64,000 nt of DNA from Octopus vulgaris (Eukaryota): assembly GCA_951406725.2 (NCBI GenBank), contig OX597814.1, positions 151,590,001 to 151,654,000 on the forward strand. The letters run 5' to 3'. How positions within the stretch are numbered: position 1 is the first letter of the stretch; every line of letters begins with the position of its first letter. This document shows positions 36,980-50,482 of this stretch, piece by piece. The notes under the pieces were generated by a model. That model had not been told where the DNA came from. It saw only the letters and a list, made by a program, of their open reading frames with translations, and did not search any database. Position numbers and translations under genes: made by a program.

Positions 36980-37954
36980 TTCTAAGCTGCAAATGACCAT
37001 ATTTCTAATAATACACAACCTAAATGCTGCAATTAATTTTTAAAATAGTCAAGAGTTAAATGAAAATAACAGACGTTTTTATTTATTATGCTACTGATAT
37101 CTCACATCATTGTTTATGTAGTCAATAATTAAGAAATGGCACGGAAAAGCACCCATTACACTATCAGAGTGGTTGGCATTAGGAAGGGCATCCAGCCATA
37201 GAAAACTATGCCAAATCAGAGTGGAGTCTGGTGCAGCCTTCCAGCAGGCCAGCCCAGTCAAACTGCCTGACCCATGCCAGCATGGTCAACAGATATTAAA
37301 TGATGATGAGTACTGATGTAATTATAAAATGCAGTTAGTACTGTCTATAAATGTGTGGAGATAATATAGTTTCAAAAATACTCTTTAAACCTCAACTAAC
37401 ATTTTACTGTTTTTGAGTCATAGATTAAAAAAAAAAAATGTTATAGGTCATAGGTATGCTTACTAGCAAACGTAATGCTTATTTATTCACATTGTTTTGA
37501 ATTAATTATGCATTAACTTATAGATTTGAGATTTCAATGAGGTGACTGTATTTTTGAAGAATGACATTATAAGGTAGGTGAGAGCGACTGGATCTGGAGG
37601 ATTATAACTTAGAACATGTAGAATATTTATCAGGGCTGGATACAGCCAGTTTGAATGCTAAATGCTTAATTAAAACAAGTCTGGGCTAAACAACCCTGTA
37701 GGCTGCCTGGGTTGTTCTTAGATATCATAAGAACTCCTATTGCTGCTTGTATGTTTAGCACATCTAAATTCTTTGTTGTTTAAGGCTCTGTCACAGATCC
37801 CACAGTGTTTTTATTGCACATATTATATACTCCGAATATCTAATACTGATATTTTGCCTAATCCTTCACTGTGTATCAAGCATTCAAACTGTCACAGAAT
37901 AAATTTTGCAAAATAATTCAAATAATTTAGATTTAAAAAGAAAAAGATACAAAC

Positions 37955-38217
37955 CTGCCACAAAAATGTAAAATTGGATAGCAAGTGTAAGTCTTGAAAC
38001 CTATTAAAAGTACAGCTACAAGGATCGAGACATCTGGGTTATTGTAAGATAAGAGAATGTCACTTTTGATTTTGGAACCAAATGTTAAGTAGCCACATGT
38101 TGCCATAACTGTGTAAGTAATTATACAAAGGGCAAGAGCCACAGCAATCGTCTTAGAAAATTCCCGTAGTGTTCTCTTTTTTAGACAAGAGTAAATGGGT
38201 ATAACACTAACATGGCA
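37955..38217 (-). CDS. SLC38A7: SLC38A7-like exon
   Basis: CHVSVIPIYSCL...GYLTFGSKIKSDILLSY...YPILHFCGR, phase 0 to 2. Confidence 0.93.
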
Positions 38218-40105
38218 CTGAAACAAAAAGAAAAACAAGTTAATGGTATATTCATGAGAAATGTTACAGTTACTTATGGCTATATGAACAGGAACAACAT
38301 TTATTATCAAGTACCTGAAATAGGTTAATAAAAGATACATTATCTACTCCCTTGTGCCTGAAGTGATTTTAAAGAAATTCACTAATAAGTACCTCTCATG
38401 AATAACAGCAGCAGCACAATGGCATGAGAGAATGGAGCTGTTTAGGGGGAAGGCCACACTACTGCTAAAAACTATGACACACAAACAAGGACACAAACAC
38501 ATGCGCACATAAGGATACACATCTTATAAGAACAGAATGGAGTAAGTGGAGCAAGAACACACACGAAAACAAAGTATCGCTGAAGAGGTCACAGATGTGT
38601 GACAAAAGATTCTGGACAATGGACATGAGTAAAAATAATAAAATAGGAACAGTAATAAATGAATAAAGAAAAAATATATAGTGCGTGTTTATTGGGGTGG
38701 GTGGGTGGGAATTACCATTCTGAAATATAACTTGGAGAAAAAAAAAAAATCTCAGTTTAGCCGATATATTTTAAATCATAAGATTTTAGTGTTGGCTCAA
38801 ATGGCACGACCTACTTTTTTGCTGGTTTCAACATTGGTCATGTTGGGGCAAACCCTTTAAGAGTTTTAGTAGATCACATAGGACTTGGAATTTATTTCAG
38901 TTTGGTGCTTATTCTATTAAATGACTTAATTACTTTTTGATGTAAAGCAATGAAACAGACACACATGCATATACAGAAGACTTGCTTAAAGGGTTCTATA
39001 CAATAGAACTGAAATCAGAGCCATGTGCTTTTTAAAGCAAACTTCTTAAGAACACGACTGTAAAAAAGGGAAGTATCATACAATTTTGTCTATTGCTTAA
39101 ATAAGATAGGATGATCACAACTAAAATGCTTCATCAGGGCTGATTTTGGGATTAAACAATAACTACAAGCAAGCTGAAGTATGGTAGTTTAGAATGTAAA
39201 GATAAAATGCCTTTACATGTGAAGAGAACAGAAGACTCATTTCAGTAAAATGGGCTCACTTCATTAAAATGACAATAATTTGAAATTAACTTACAGGTAA
39301 ACTGAATGTATTAACCAGCCTAAGGTTGAAAACTGCTATTTAATGAATGCTAAACACTTACTTTTAATATTATCATTAAATAACCAACCTACTTAATATT
39401 ACATACATTTATATTAAAAAGAGAAATGAAATATTTGATAAATACCCAAACTAGAAAAATTATTCATTAGGCTACATCAATTGGATAAAATTAAAATTTT
39501 TGAAGTATTTGTCACTTAAGGGAGTGAACTAGTAGAGTTGTTAGAGTATTGGATAGAATGCCTTATAGTATTTGTGGATCTCTGTACTCTGAGTTCAAAT
39601 CCTACTGAAGCCAACTTAACAATCTTTTCAGGGTTAATAAAAAGAGAAAAAAAGAGCATCAATCCAAGGTAGTGAATTGAAACAAGATTGAGCAAGATGC
39701 TTTGAGGCATCTATTCTGGTTCTTTGCTTTCTGAGAGCAACATCTATAATGACAATGACACTGGTGCCAAACTGTGTTTCCCCAATTTGGCAGCTTTACC
39801 TTGGATATAAACATCAGTGTTGTGAAAAGCAGACTTTGCCAGTCTTACCCAAAATAATCTTGCTCATACATGGTTGACCTTGACTGACAAAGGCCCAAAT
39901 GATAATTTATCAGTTGGAAGAAAGTCCACATTCATGACCTTTGTAGGTTCTGAGACTTGTAAAGGGAAAAGACAAAAGAAAAACTACAACTTGTTTTACT
40001 GCAGTAAGAAGCAACATGCTAAGATATAGATTAATCCTAAGACTGGAGAAACTACAAGACAAAATACTGATGTATGCGCTAATAAGGACAATAATTTGGA
40101 CTCAC

Positions 40106-40163
40106 CTGATAGGAGAAACAAACAGTAGGCATGACATAAAAGACATCGATCCAATTTTCAGGT
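40106..40163 (-). CDS. SLC38A7: SLC38A7-like exon
   Basis: PENWIDVFYVMPTVCFSYQ, which joins CH in the next exon to give the conserved YQCH. Donor CAG|GTGAGT, phase 2 to 0. Confidence 0.9.
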
Positions 40164-40619
40164 CTGAATGAAAAAAATATATATATAAATATATATAACA
40201 TTTTTGTTATTCTTTTACTTATATCAGTAATTGAATTACTGCTACAGGAGCAGGACTTCCAAAAGGTTAGAAAAAGTTAGTCAATTATATCAAGCTCATA
40301 GATACTCTGTTAACTGATCTCCATTTAATAAAATGGTCAAGTTCATCAACTGAGTTACTTCTCTTAGTAACATAAGCATCTTAACTCTTTAGCATTCAGA
40401 TTATTCTGTCAAATGTAATGCTTCTATAATCAAACTGTTTTTAATTAATCATGCAATACATTGTAGCATTGAAATTTAGATGATGTGATTGTTTATTCTT
40501 GGAATGATATTGTAGGGTAAGTGTGCAAAGGCAGATCTGGCCAGTTTGAACATAAAACAGAATATTTGGGACAGATACAGCCAGTTTAAATGCTAAAGGG
40601 TTGAAGTATTTACTTATAC

Positions 40620-42070
40620 TTAATAACAGAGGAATTCAAAACGGGTTGCCCCTGGGCCCTCATAGCAGAATCACTACTGGAACTATAAAATAAATTTTGG
40701 GTGTGGAAGCTAGGTTTAGAATCAAAAGGCCTTAGAGTAAATGTAGCAAAGACCAAAGTTATAGTAAGCAGGAAGGCGAACTCATCACACATCCCCTCAG
40801 GTAGGTGGCTCTGCTCGATCTGTAGAAGATGTACCCAGTGTAAGCTATGGGCATAAGAGGTGCAGCAACATCAAAGGAAAATTAATCGAGAAGATAGCTT
40901 TCGTGTGCGGCAGATGCACAGGGGCAATAGACACCACAGATACCCAGAAAACAGATTCCATCACACTCCAGGGGGAGAAACTAGAAATAGTTGATAGTTT
41001 CTGCTACCTAGGTGACCAAGTTAGTAGTGGAGGTGGATGCTCAGAGGGTGTCACCACTAGAATACGAATAGCCTGGGTAAAGTTTAGAAAGTTTCTACCC
41101 CTACAGGTGACAAAGGGTCTCGCTCAGAGTGAAAGGTAGATTGTACGATGCATGTGTGCGAACTACCATGCTTCACGGTAGTGAAACATGGGCTGTGACT
41201 GCAGAGGACATGCGTAGGCTTGAAAGAAATGAAACTAGCATGATCCGCTGGATGTGTAATGTCAGTGTGCACACACGACAGAGTGTAAGCGCCATGAGAG
41301 AAATGCTGGACATAAGAGGCATCGGATGTAGCGTGCAAGAGAGACGTTTGCGCTGGTATGGTCATGTACTACGGATGGATGGGGAGAGGTGTGTGAAGAG
41401 GTGCCACTCCCAAACAGTTGCAGGTATCTGGGGGAGAGGTAGACCCAGGAAGACATGGGATGAGGTGGTCAAGCATGACCTTCGAACGCTGGGCTTTACA
41501 GAGGCAATGACGAAAGACCAAGATCTCTGGAGATATGCTGTGACTGCAATGACCCGACAAAGAATGTGAGTTCATAGCTGTTTCCTGCACCAGTTTCGCA
41601 TAGCCCCAGCCTATCCTAAGTACCTTGGATTGCAGAACGACCTGCTGTGCTTACCTTGGATCGTAGGTTGACCTGCTGTGCTTGAGGAGACCTATTGAGT
41701 CAAGTACATCAACATCAAAATAAATATCAAATGGAAATTGTAGTTGTGATACCTGTGCCGGTGGCACGTAAAAAACACCATCCGAATGTGGCCGATGCCA
41801 GTGCCGCCTTGACTGGCTTCTGTGCTGGTGGCATGTAAAAAGCACCAACCGATCGTGGCTGCTGCCAGCCTCCCCTGACACCTGTACTGGTGGCACATAA
41901 AAAGCACCCACTATACTCATGGGGTGGTTGGCGTTAGAAAGGGCATCCAGCTGTAGAAACACTGCCAGATCAGACTGGAGCCTGGTGCAGCCTCCTGGTT
42001 TCTCAGGCTCTGGTCGAACCGTCCAACCTGTGCTAGCACGGAAAACGGACATTAAACGATGATGATGATG
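40620..42070 (+). mobile_element. 5'-truncated RTE LINE (RT C-terminal part and 3' UTR)
   Basis: FCYLGD, KGRLYDACVRTTMLHGSETW, RLRWYGHV and RGRPRKTW motifs, with a (GAT)n tail at ~42058-42070. Confidence 0.9.
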
Positions 42071-42459
42071 AAGAAATGATATAAATATTTTCAAGTGTTA
42101 TCATCAGCAGGCCAGTCTGTTTTCGTTTGGCACAACAAAATTTTCACTCTTTCTCTAAACTCTTGGGTTATCTTCTATCTTGTATTTGATAAAGTGAAGC
42201 TTTCCCAAATATTGTATAAGTATTTAATAGCTTGTGTTGGGCAATATAATGTCTTGTCTTTATTTTTTGGCATTATCTTACATAGTTTACTAACTTTGCA
42301 CATTATGTAGATATTCATTATATAAATATAGTACCCATACAGAAGATAATTCATTCACTTTACATTAGATTTTGGAGGATCTTTTTTATTTGTCCCTTGC
42401 TAGCATGGTTTAGAGCTGGCCTGGCCAACTCTAGTTACATTGCAGGTCACTTGAATCAC

Positions 42460-43170
42460 TTGAAGGAAGGTGTGTAGCATGTGATCATCGCATTGACCAT
42501 GACAGTGAAAGTTGTCATGGCGATACCTGCTAAGAGGCCTTGCAAATTTGCAGAAAGTGTATGGAGAGGAGGGTGTGAGCTGCACTCAAGTTCAGACGTT
42601 TCCAAGATGGCTGAAAAATGTTGATATTGACAAAGGTTCTGGGAGACTTGCAACCAGTAGAACTGAGAAAAACATCACAGATGTGAGGGGAAATCGTTGA
42701 ATCACAATATATGAGTTATCAGAGGATGTGCAGATTAGTTATGGTTCAGTTCAGTCCATTATCACTGAAGATTTGGCTACGAGATGCATGTCTAAGTCTG
42801 CATCAAAACTGCTTTCAGCTGATCAAAATGACACTCGGGGTTTCAGTTGCACAAGATCTTGATTGTGTTGAGAACGATGAATACTTTTTGAAAACTTTGC
42901 ATAGACCTCTGAGCAGATATCGACAAGCTTTTGGCAAAATTTGATGCAGATTCTCTGCTCAACTTTCTCCGTCATGGTCAATGCGATGATCATACGCTAC
43001 ACACCTTCCTTCCAAAGCACAGCTGTAAACAGTGCAAGTGAGATAGAACGTTAAAATTTAGTGCACATGCACAGCAGAATTGCAGGTTAATCTGTACCAA
43101 GTGACTTCACTATGTGCTTTAGCTGCATTACTATGGCAACAGTTCGGATACTTATTGATCAGACCTTGTA
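42460..43170. mobile_element. Rearranged mariner fragment with internal inversion
   Basis: 42460-42505 pairs with 42970-43014. GSGRLATSRTEKNI-type transposase remnant, and a TIR-like end CGGATACTTATTGATCAGACCTTG-TA. Confidence 0.6.
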
Positions 43171-43288
43171 TGTGTATGTATGTATAATGAAGTACCACGT
43201 ACCTACAAACCTTCAATAAATATCAAATTATAGTGATGGTGAGGAAATTTAGGATATAAAGCTGTAGAAAATGGCAAGTGTTACTTAC

Positions 43289-43381
43289 GAAGTGCGTATA
43301 TATTCAGGAGGAGTTTCAAGTAATGCATATTTGGCAATAACAACAATCACAACATATATAACAGCCACAACTCCTAGGAAA
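43289..43381 (-). CDS. SLC38A7: SLC38A7-like exon
   Basis: SFLGVVAVIYVVIVVIAKYALLETPPEYIRTS, acceptor TTTCCAG, donor GTAAGT, phase 2 to 2. Confidence 0.88.
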
Positions 43382-43689
43382 CTGGAAATATATAGAATAT
43401 AAGAATGCAAGGTTCTATGAATTTCAAAGTAAATGACAAACATTGAAATGAACTTAACATAAAAATTCCAATAAAATATTTGGATGATTGTAGTAACAAT
43501 AGCTATTTAAAACATGTGTACCATTATATATACCTTTGCTTTACTCTGTGACAGAGTAATATATATAATAAAGTATTAAAAAATGTTGTCACATTTATGG
43601 CCAGAACCCTGACACAGTACTATTACATCTGAGATACAGTGGAATAGTGGAAGCCAGAAGCAACTCAAAAGTGTAATTCCAATACTAAC

Positions 43690-43828
43690 CTTGCATACTT
43701 CAGGAAATCTATCTTCTTAGGGAAACAGAATGGTAAAATGAGTACTGTTGAGGTCACTACTATAGTAAATATTCGGTTCATATACCAAGGGTTTGTACAG
43801 AAAAGGCCCTTATTAACAAAGATAAAAA
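43690..43828 (-). CDS. SLC38A7: SLC38A7-like exon
   Basis: PWYMNRIFTIVVTSTVLILPFCFPKKIDFLKYAS, phase 1 to 2. Confidence 0.92.
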
Positions 43829-43869
43829 CTGAAAAGAGAAAACGCATGCATTAATATTAATTTTAAGGA

Positions 43870-45870
43870 TATGAAGACAGGGGAAGCCCCCAGCCCATCA
43901 GGAATCACCACCGAGATGCTTAAAATATCCAGTGGTGTGGGTTATGGTCTAGTCACCCGTACTGTAAATCAGGTGGTTCATGAAGAAGTTATACCCAATG
44001 ACGGGTGTAGCAGCACTATAGTCAACTGCTACAAAGTTAAAGGTAATGCCTAAGAAATAATTACAGAGGTATCAAATTATTGGATCAGGTGATGAAAGTT
44101 GCGGAGAGAGCCATAGACCAACTAATCAGGGAGAGAGTCTAGATAAGATGCAGTTTGGCTTTGTGCCAGGTAGAAGCACCACTGATGCTATATTTCTGGT
44201 AAGGCAACTGCAGTAGAAATACCTAACCAAAGATAAACCTCTGTACTTGGCTTTCGTTGATTTGGAGAAAGCTTTTGACAGGGTTCCCCCATCCTTATCT
44301 GGTGGTCAATGCAGAAACTAGGAATAGACAAATGGTTGGTGAGAGCTGTACAGGGATGCTATCAGTATGGTGAGGGTGGGCAATGAGTACAGCTAAGAAT
44401 TCAGGGTACAAGTGGGGTTCATCAAGCATCAGTGCTCAGCCCTTTCTTGTTCATCATAATCCTCCAGGTAATAACAGAGGAATTCAAGACAGGCTAGCCC
44501 TGGGAGCTCCTCTATGATGATGACCTTGCTCTTACAGCTAAATCACAACCTGAGCTAGAGAAGTTCCAGGTATGGAAACAAGGTCTATAATCAAAGGGCC
44601 TTAGAGTTAACCTAGCAAAAACCCAAGTCATAATAAGTAGGAAGGCAAACAAATCACAAATTTCCTCAGGTAGATGGCCCTGCTCAATCTGTAGAAAAGA
44701 TGTAGGTAGAAGCTCCGTAAGATTCACCTAGTGTAAGCTCTGGACATATAAAAGGTGCAGCAACATCAAAGGAAGGTTAACAGAAAAACTAACTTTTCTA
44801 TGTGGAAGGTGCACAGGCAAAATAAATGCTAAACATGTGCAGAAAACACTCCATCAACTGCCAGGGGTGAAAACTAGAGGTAGTAGATAGCTTCTAGATG
44901 ACCAGGTTAGTAGTGGAGGTGGATGTTCCAAGAGCGTAGCAGTGAGAATAAGATTAGGTTGGGCAAAGTTCAGAGAGCTCCTACCCCTACAGGCAACAAA
45001 GGAGTGAGGCAATCTACCTCACACTCAGACTGAACGGCAGATTGTTTGATGCCTGTATGCAAACAGCTATGCTACATGGCAGTGAAACATGGGGTATGAC
45101 AGCTGAGGACATGCGTAGGCTTGAGGGAAATGAAACCAGTACGCTTTGCTTGATGTGCAATGTCAGTGTATATGCTCGACAGAAAAGTTAGGCATAAGAG
45201 GAATCAGATGTGGTGTGCAAGGGAAACGACTGTGCTGGTATGGTCATAAGAATGTGCATGGACAAGGACAGCTGTCTAAAGAAGTGCCAATTTCTGTTGA
45301 AGGAACCTGTAGTAGAAGTAGACTGAGGAAGACATGGGATAAGGTGGTGAAGCATGATCATTGAACTTTGAACCTCACAGAGGCAATGCCTAGTGACCAA
45401 GTACTTTGGCGATGTACGCTGCTTAAGAGGTCCTGTCAAGCCAAGTGCACCTGTGCAGGTGACACGTAAAAAAAAAAAAAAAATCAACTTTTGAATGTTG
45501 GGCCTTATGGAGGCAAAGTGGGCGAGTTCTTTTTGAGTGTTGGGCCTAACTGAAGCATAGCGGCTGAGTTCCTTTTGAGTGTTGGGCCTCGCGGAGGCAA
45601 TGACCAAGACCTTTGGCATTATGTTGTGCTTGAAAAGAAGACCCATCAAGCCGAGCAAATCGCAGTCGTATCAGATACCGGTGTCATGCAAATGGCACGT
45701 AAGAGCGCCCATTACGCTCTTGGAGTGTTTGGTGTTAGGAAGGGCATCCAGCCATAGAAAACCATGCCAAATCAGACTGGAGCCTGGTGCAGCTTTCCAG
45801 CGTACCAGCCCCGTTCAACCCATGCCAGCATGGACAATGGACATTAAACAATGTTGATGGTGATGACCGA
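43870..45870 (+). mobile_element. Decayed RTE LINE (RT domain to 3' tail)
   Basis: MKTGEAPSPSG, NYRGIKLL, QFGFVPGRSTTDAIF, AFVDLEKAFDRV and LLYDDDL remnants with stops and frameshifts. Confidence 0.9.
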
Positions 45871-47044
45871 AAATATTCTAGCATAAATTGATCATGTAAT
45901 AATTATGAAGACTAAACTTCCACCCACATGCAGGAGCGATGTCGTAGCATAGCTTGAAAAGTTTTTGTTACCTTTAAATAAAAATACTGCTGAGTGAACA
46001 AGTGTCAAGCAATATAGTAGAAAGAGATTGTGATGATACTGTTTCAATACCTTTAAATTAACCCTATAGCATTCAGATTATTTTGTTAAATAAAATGCTT
46101 ATTTATTCACATTGTTTTGAATTAATCATGAATTATCTTGTAGCTCCAAGTCTTTGATGATGTGGTAGTTCATTTTTAGTATGACATTGTAGGGTAAATG
46201 TGAGGAGCTGCATTTTGCCAGCTTGAACATAATGCAGGTAGAATATTTTGGCGGTGAGCTGGCAGAAACGTTAGCATGCCGGGTGAAATGCTTAGCGGTA
46301 TTTCGTCTGCCGCTACGTTGTGAGTTCAAAGTACTTGGTCACTAGGCATTGCTTCTGTGAGGTTCAAAGTTCAATGGTCATGCTTCACCACCTTGTCCCA
46401 TGTCTTCCTCGGTCGACTTTGCCTTTCATCCTTTCGGGGTCGATAAATTAAGTACCAGTTACGCACTGGAGTCGATATAATCGACTTAATACCTATGTCT
46501 GTCCTTGTCTGTTCCCTCTGTGTTTATCTCCTTGTGGGTAATAAAGAAATAGGTAGAATATTTTGGCTGGATATGGATGGTTTAAATGTTAAAGGGTTAA
46601 ATTAAAAGCATTGAACGAGAGTATCATTTCAAACTTACTACAACAGTTGTGTTGTGTTCTTTAAACCTCCAGCATTTAAACCAGCCATATTCAGCCTACT
46701 TGTTTTATATTCAAACCAGTCAGATCTTGTCTCTCACACGTACCCTATAATGTCATTCCAAGCATATGCAATCACACGACTGAAATCTTGAAGCTACAAG
46801 TTAATGCAGGATTAATTTAAAACAAAAGGGACTGAATAAGCATTACATTAAACAGAGTAATATGAATGCTAAAGGGTTGAGGTGTCTTCTCTCAATCTAT
46901 TTGTATGACAATTAAGTTCCATTTCAACTTCACATGATTACTCTAGTAAAATGCACCAAGTTTTAAAAACAATGCAAATTAGCAAATAGCAACCCTACCT
47001 CCATACTTGTATAAAAACAGATTAAACAAAATTTTGTTACTTAC

Positions 47045-47243
47045 ATTCTTGCCATTGGTCGCCAATGATGATAAGGAAAGTGATGCAGGTACCATAGCAG
47101 TAAAGCGTGATTGCGATAGAACACCACAACAGACCCTGATGGCCACACAGATAGAAAACGACTTCTTGGTAGTTAGTACTTTGGTTTTTATCAGAGCAGT
47201 ACACAAGAATTAATAGAGCTGCCACCACAAATATCATCAAAAA
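47045..47243 (-). CDS. SLC38A7: SLC38A7-like exon
   Basis: FLMIFVVAALLILVYCS...TNYQEVV...YCYGTCITFLIIIGDQW, phase 0 to 1, donor GTAAGT. Confidence 0.93.
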
Positions 47244-48106
47244 CTAAAAGAAAAATGAAAGACACTCCTTTAAGTTTATAGACTAGAAGAATATTCTAAA
47301 AAGCTCATTATCAATCAAAGTTTTATTATACTGGCAGTTTTATCTTTGATTTGTTTCCATAGTTAAGATTTAAGTGTTTGCTATACTAGTCAATACATTT
47401 TCAATAATTTTAGTAAAAAAGCTAGAATGGAAACAAATTTGAGGCAAATAAGTTATCCAAAACTTTTCTCCCCAAAAAGCTTTTTTTTTACCATAAATTC
47501 TTATTTCTTTATTGCCTACAATAAAGTGCTCAACTGATACTTAATTTATTAACCCAGCGCTCAACTGATACTTAATTTATTAACCCAGCGCTCAACTGAT
47601 ACTTAATTTATTAACCCTGAAAGAACGAAAGGCAAAGTTGACCTTGGTGGAATTTGAACTCAGAACATAAAGATGGACGAAATGCCACAAAGTATTGCCC
47701 TGAGTGCTAACTATTCTGCCAGTTTGCTACCTTACTACAAGCATATATTAACCCTTTTGATACCAACCCAGTTGAAATCATCTCTGGCTCTGTTTTCAAA
47801 AGTTCTGAGCTAAAATCTTCCACCAAACCGTAGTCACAATTTATGCTCCTAACACCAGCTTAATGATAACTAAGTTAGTTCACTAAATTCTTTGTTATAT
47901 TCAAAATTAATTGAAAGAAACACAGATCATCTCACCAGAAATATGGTAACAAAGGGGTTAATATGATAATATTGTTGAAGTAAACATAATAGAAACATCG
48001 GAAAAAAGTAATTAGAAAGTCTTACTATCATGTGTGTACATGATAGCTTTGTAACATGAAACTTTAATGAAGTACAGAAGAATGAAAAAAAAAAAGAAAT
48101 ATTTAC

Positions 48107-48231
48107 TGCTTGAATGACTATGCCAATGAGAACTCCACCAGCTTGGTAGTAAGATTCTGGGAAATTGAGAAGACCAGCACCTAATGCAGCATTGACAACA
48201 AGGAATACTGCAGCAAACCAACTTGTGCCCA
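48107..48231 (-). CDS. SLC38A7: SLC38A7-like exon (TM1)
   Basis: VGTSWFAAVFLVVNAALGAGLLNFPESYYQAGG matches SLC38A7/8 TM1 (NACLGAGLLNFP). Phase 1 to 0. Confidence 0.93.
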
Positions 48232-48799
48232 CTGATAAATGAATAAAGAAATAAAATATTAAGAAATACAAAAAGTAGAAAAATAAAAGAACTGAAACAA
48301 GATGAAAATCTATTAGGTTTCTTTTTTTAACAAGATGTTTCCAGTGTCATATAGTTTTCATAGAAATCACCTTGTGGTGACTTGAATACATCATTAGTGA
48401 TGTTACCTGGAGTAACTGGGTGTTTTAAATCTCTCCGCAATTAGATACTGTCACCCAGGTAATTCAGCCTGGATCACTCAAGTTCCAGTTTGAATCCAGT
48501 TAATATTATCACCATACTTCCCAACTGATTCATAGCCACTTTGAAGCAACCTCTGCTACCTTTGTAGTTAACTTGATGGCCTTCTGCCTACTGGCTATGA
48601 TGTTGTAAATGGGTTTGAAAATTGATGAAAACATTCCCAAACTATAGTTTTGAAAACATTGCGTTATGAAAGCTATTGCATTATCAAGATTCTGCAGAAA
48701 ATCACAAACCATTTTTCTGAAAGCTACAAGGAAACAAATTTGAGGCAAATGAGTTATCCAAAACTTTTCTCCCCAAAAAAGCTTTTTTACCATAAATTC

Positions 48800-49035
48800 T
48801 TATTTCTTTACTGCCCACAAGGGGCTAAACATAGAGGGAACAAACAAGGACAGACAAAGGGATCAAGTCGATTAGATCGACCCCAGTGCGTAACTGGTAC
48901 TTAATTTATCAACCCTGAAAGGGTGAAAGGTAAAGTCGACCTTGGCGGAATTTGAACTCAGAACATAACGGCAGACGAAATACCGCTAAGCATTTTGCCC
49001 GGTGTGCTAACGTTTCTGCTAGTTCACTGCCTTTT
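48800..49035 (-). mobile_element. SINE family B with target-site duplication
   Basis: Flanked by the direct repeat TTTTTACCATAAATTCT. Confidence 0.85.
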
Positions 49036-49360
49036 TTTTTTTACCATAAATTCTACACCATCTGAGACGTATTTGTAGCAACTTACATTGATAAATATCA
49101 AATTTTCAGGAAGTTATGAGTAAACAAATTTGGCAGGGCACATTTTTGTGTGGTTAGGGAGCTTGCTTCCTAGCTGCATGGTTTCGGGTTCAGTCCCACT
49201 GCGTGGCACTCTGGGTAGGTGTCTTCCACTATAGCCTCGAGCCGACCGGAGCTTTGTGATTGAATTCGGTAGGTGGAAGTTACTGCCGTGTGTGTATGTG
49301 TGCGTATAGCTGCTCAGTGCCTCTCCGAAAGAGAGAGAGAGAGGGATATCCTGAATTTAC

Positions 49361-49374
49361 CGAGCAAGTGACTA
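49361..49374 (-). CDS. SLC38A7: Candidate 14-nt microexon of SLC38A7-like (NAGNAG acceptor)
   Basis: Long pyrimidine tract ...TTTCTCTCATAG|TAGTCACTTGCTCG|GTAAAT, phase 2 to 1. Confidence 0.5.
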
Positions 49375-50383
49375 CTATGAGAGAAATAAAGGATTCAATG
49401 GAAAATGAAACAAACAGAAAAATTACATAAATTGGAAATCAAATGTGTCAATGTAATTTAGTAACTAGCACCACCTGGAGGGCAGTCTCTCTGCTAGCAC
49501 ATATTAAGGAGGCATTGTGGCTAACCTTTTCCAATGCTAGCAGGATTAGACGATTAGACATAATGTCGCAGTCACTCACCCTTACCTGTTTTTCCAGGAA
49601 GTGGGGTTTTTTTAAAATCCATCTTCAAAAGCACAGAGCTAGTGGGCAGTTTTTTAATAGAGAATGTTAATAAACTTCACCATTTGTACTCCAGCTCTTT
49701 TTCATTCAAAATAAGGAATACAGGTGTTCACATACACGACAGGTTTCTGTACTGTACAGTTTTCATCAACCAAATTAACTTCCAAGGAATTAGTTGGCCA
49801 AGCAAAGCAATAAAAAACACCTGCCCAATGTGTTGTACAGTAGGATTGAACCTGAAACCACCTAGTTGAAGAGTGAACTTTTTAACCACTCAGCCATGCC
49901 ACATATATTTTTACTGAGAGAGAAAGAGGGGATGCCAGCAAAACACTTAAAACTTCCTTTTTATTCTTAACCTACTTTGTCATTTTGCCTCAGTCACCAG
50001 GTAAGAAGTAGCTGCTATGCGATTGCTCAACTTGATATAAATTGCAGCCAAATTTTCCTCAAATATCATGTCCTAGTATCTTAAAACTAGAAAATGTATG
50101 TATTCAGGATAATGCAATTATGGATACATTATACAAACATCTGAATGATCTTCTCTATCAGCACTGCTAGCATAGCTGAAAATCAAAGTATGAAAGCAAA
50201 AAGTACATGAGGAGTGGTCATTATTTCCAGGAAAGATCAAAGATGTTTGAGAAGACGAGGCATCAGTAAAGTATAGGCCCAACCCACTTATTTAATTAAA
50301 TATGACATTTCAAACGAAAATTCTTGGCTTTGTTTCAGATTAGAGAACAATAAAATTCAGTATGGGAGAAAAAAAAGTCTCAC

Positions 50384-50409
50384 TTAGACATCATGTTGAA
50401 ATCAATATT
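50384..50409 (-). CDS. SLC38A7: Candidate 26-nt microexon of SLC38A7-like
   Basis: TTTCTTTTTAAACACAG|AATATTGATTTCAACATGATGTCTAA|GTGAGA. Only the phase 0 to 2 frame is open. Confidence 0.5.
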
Positions 50410-50482
50410 CTGTGTTTAAAAAGAAATTTTTCATTTGGTAAAAAATGAGTTCTTTCCCCAAGTACAAGAAACGCGTTTTCAC

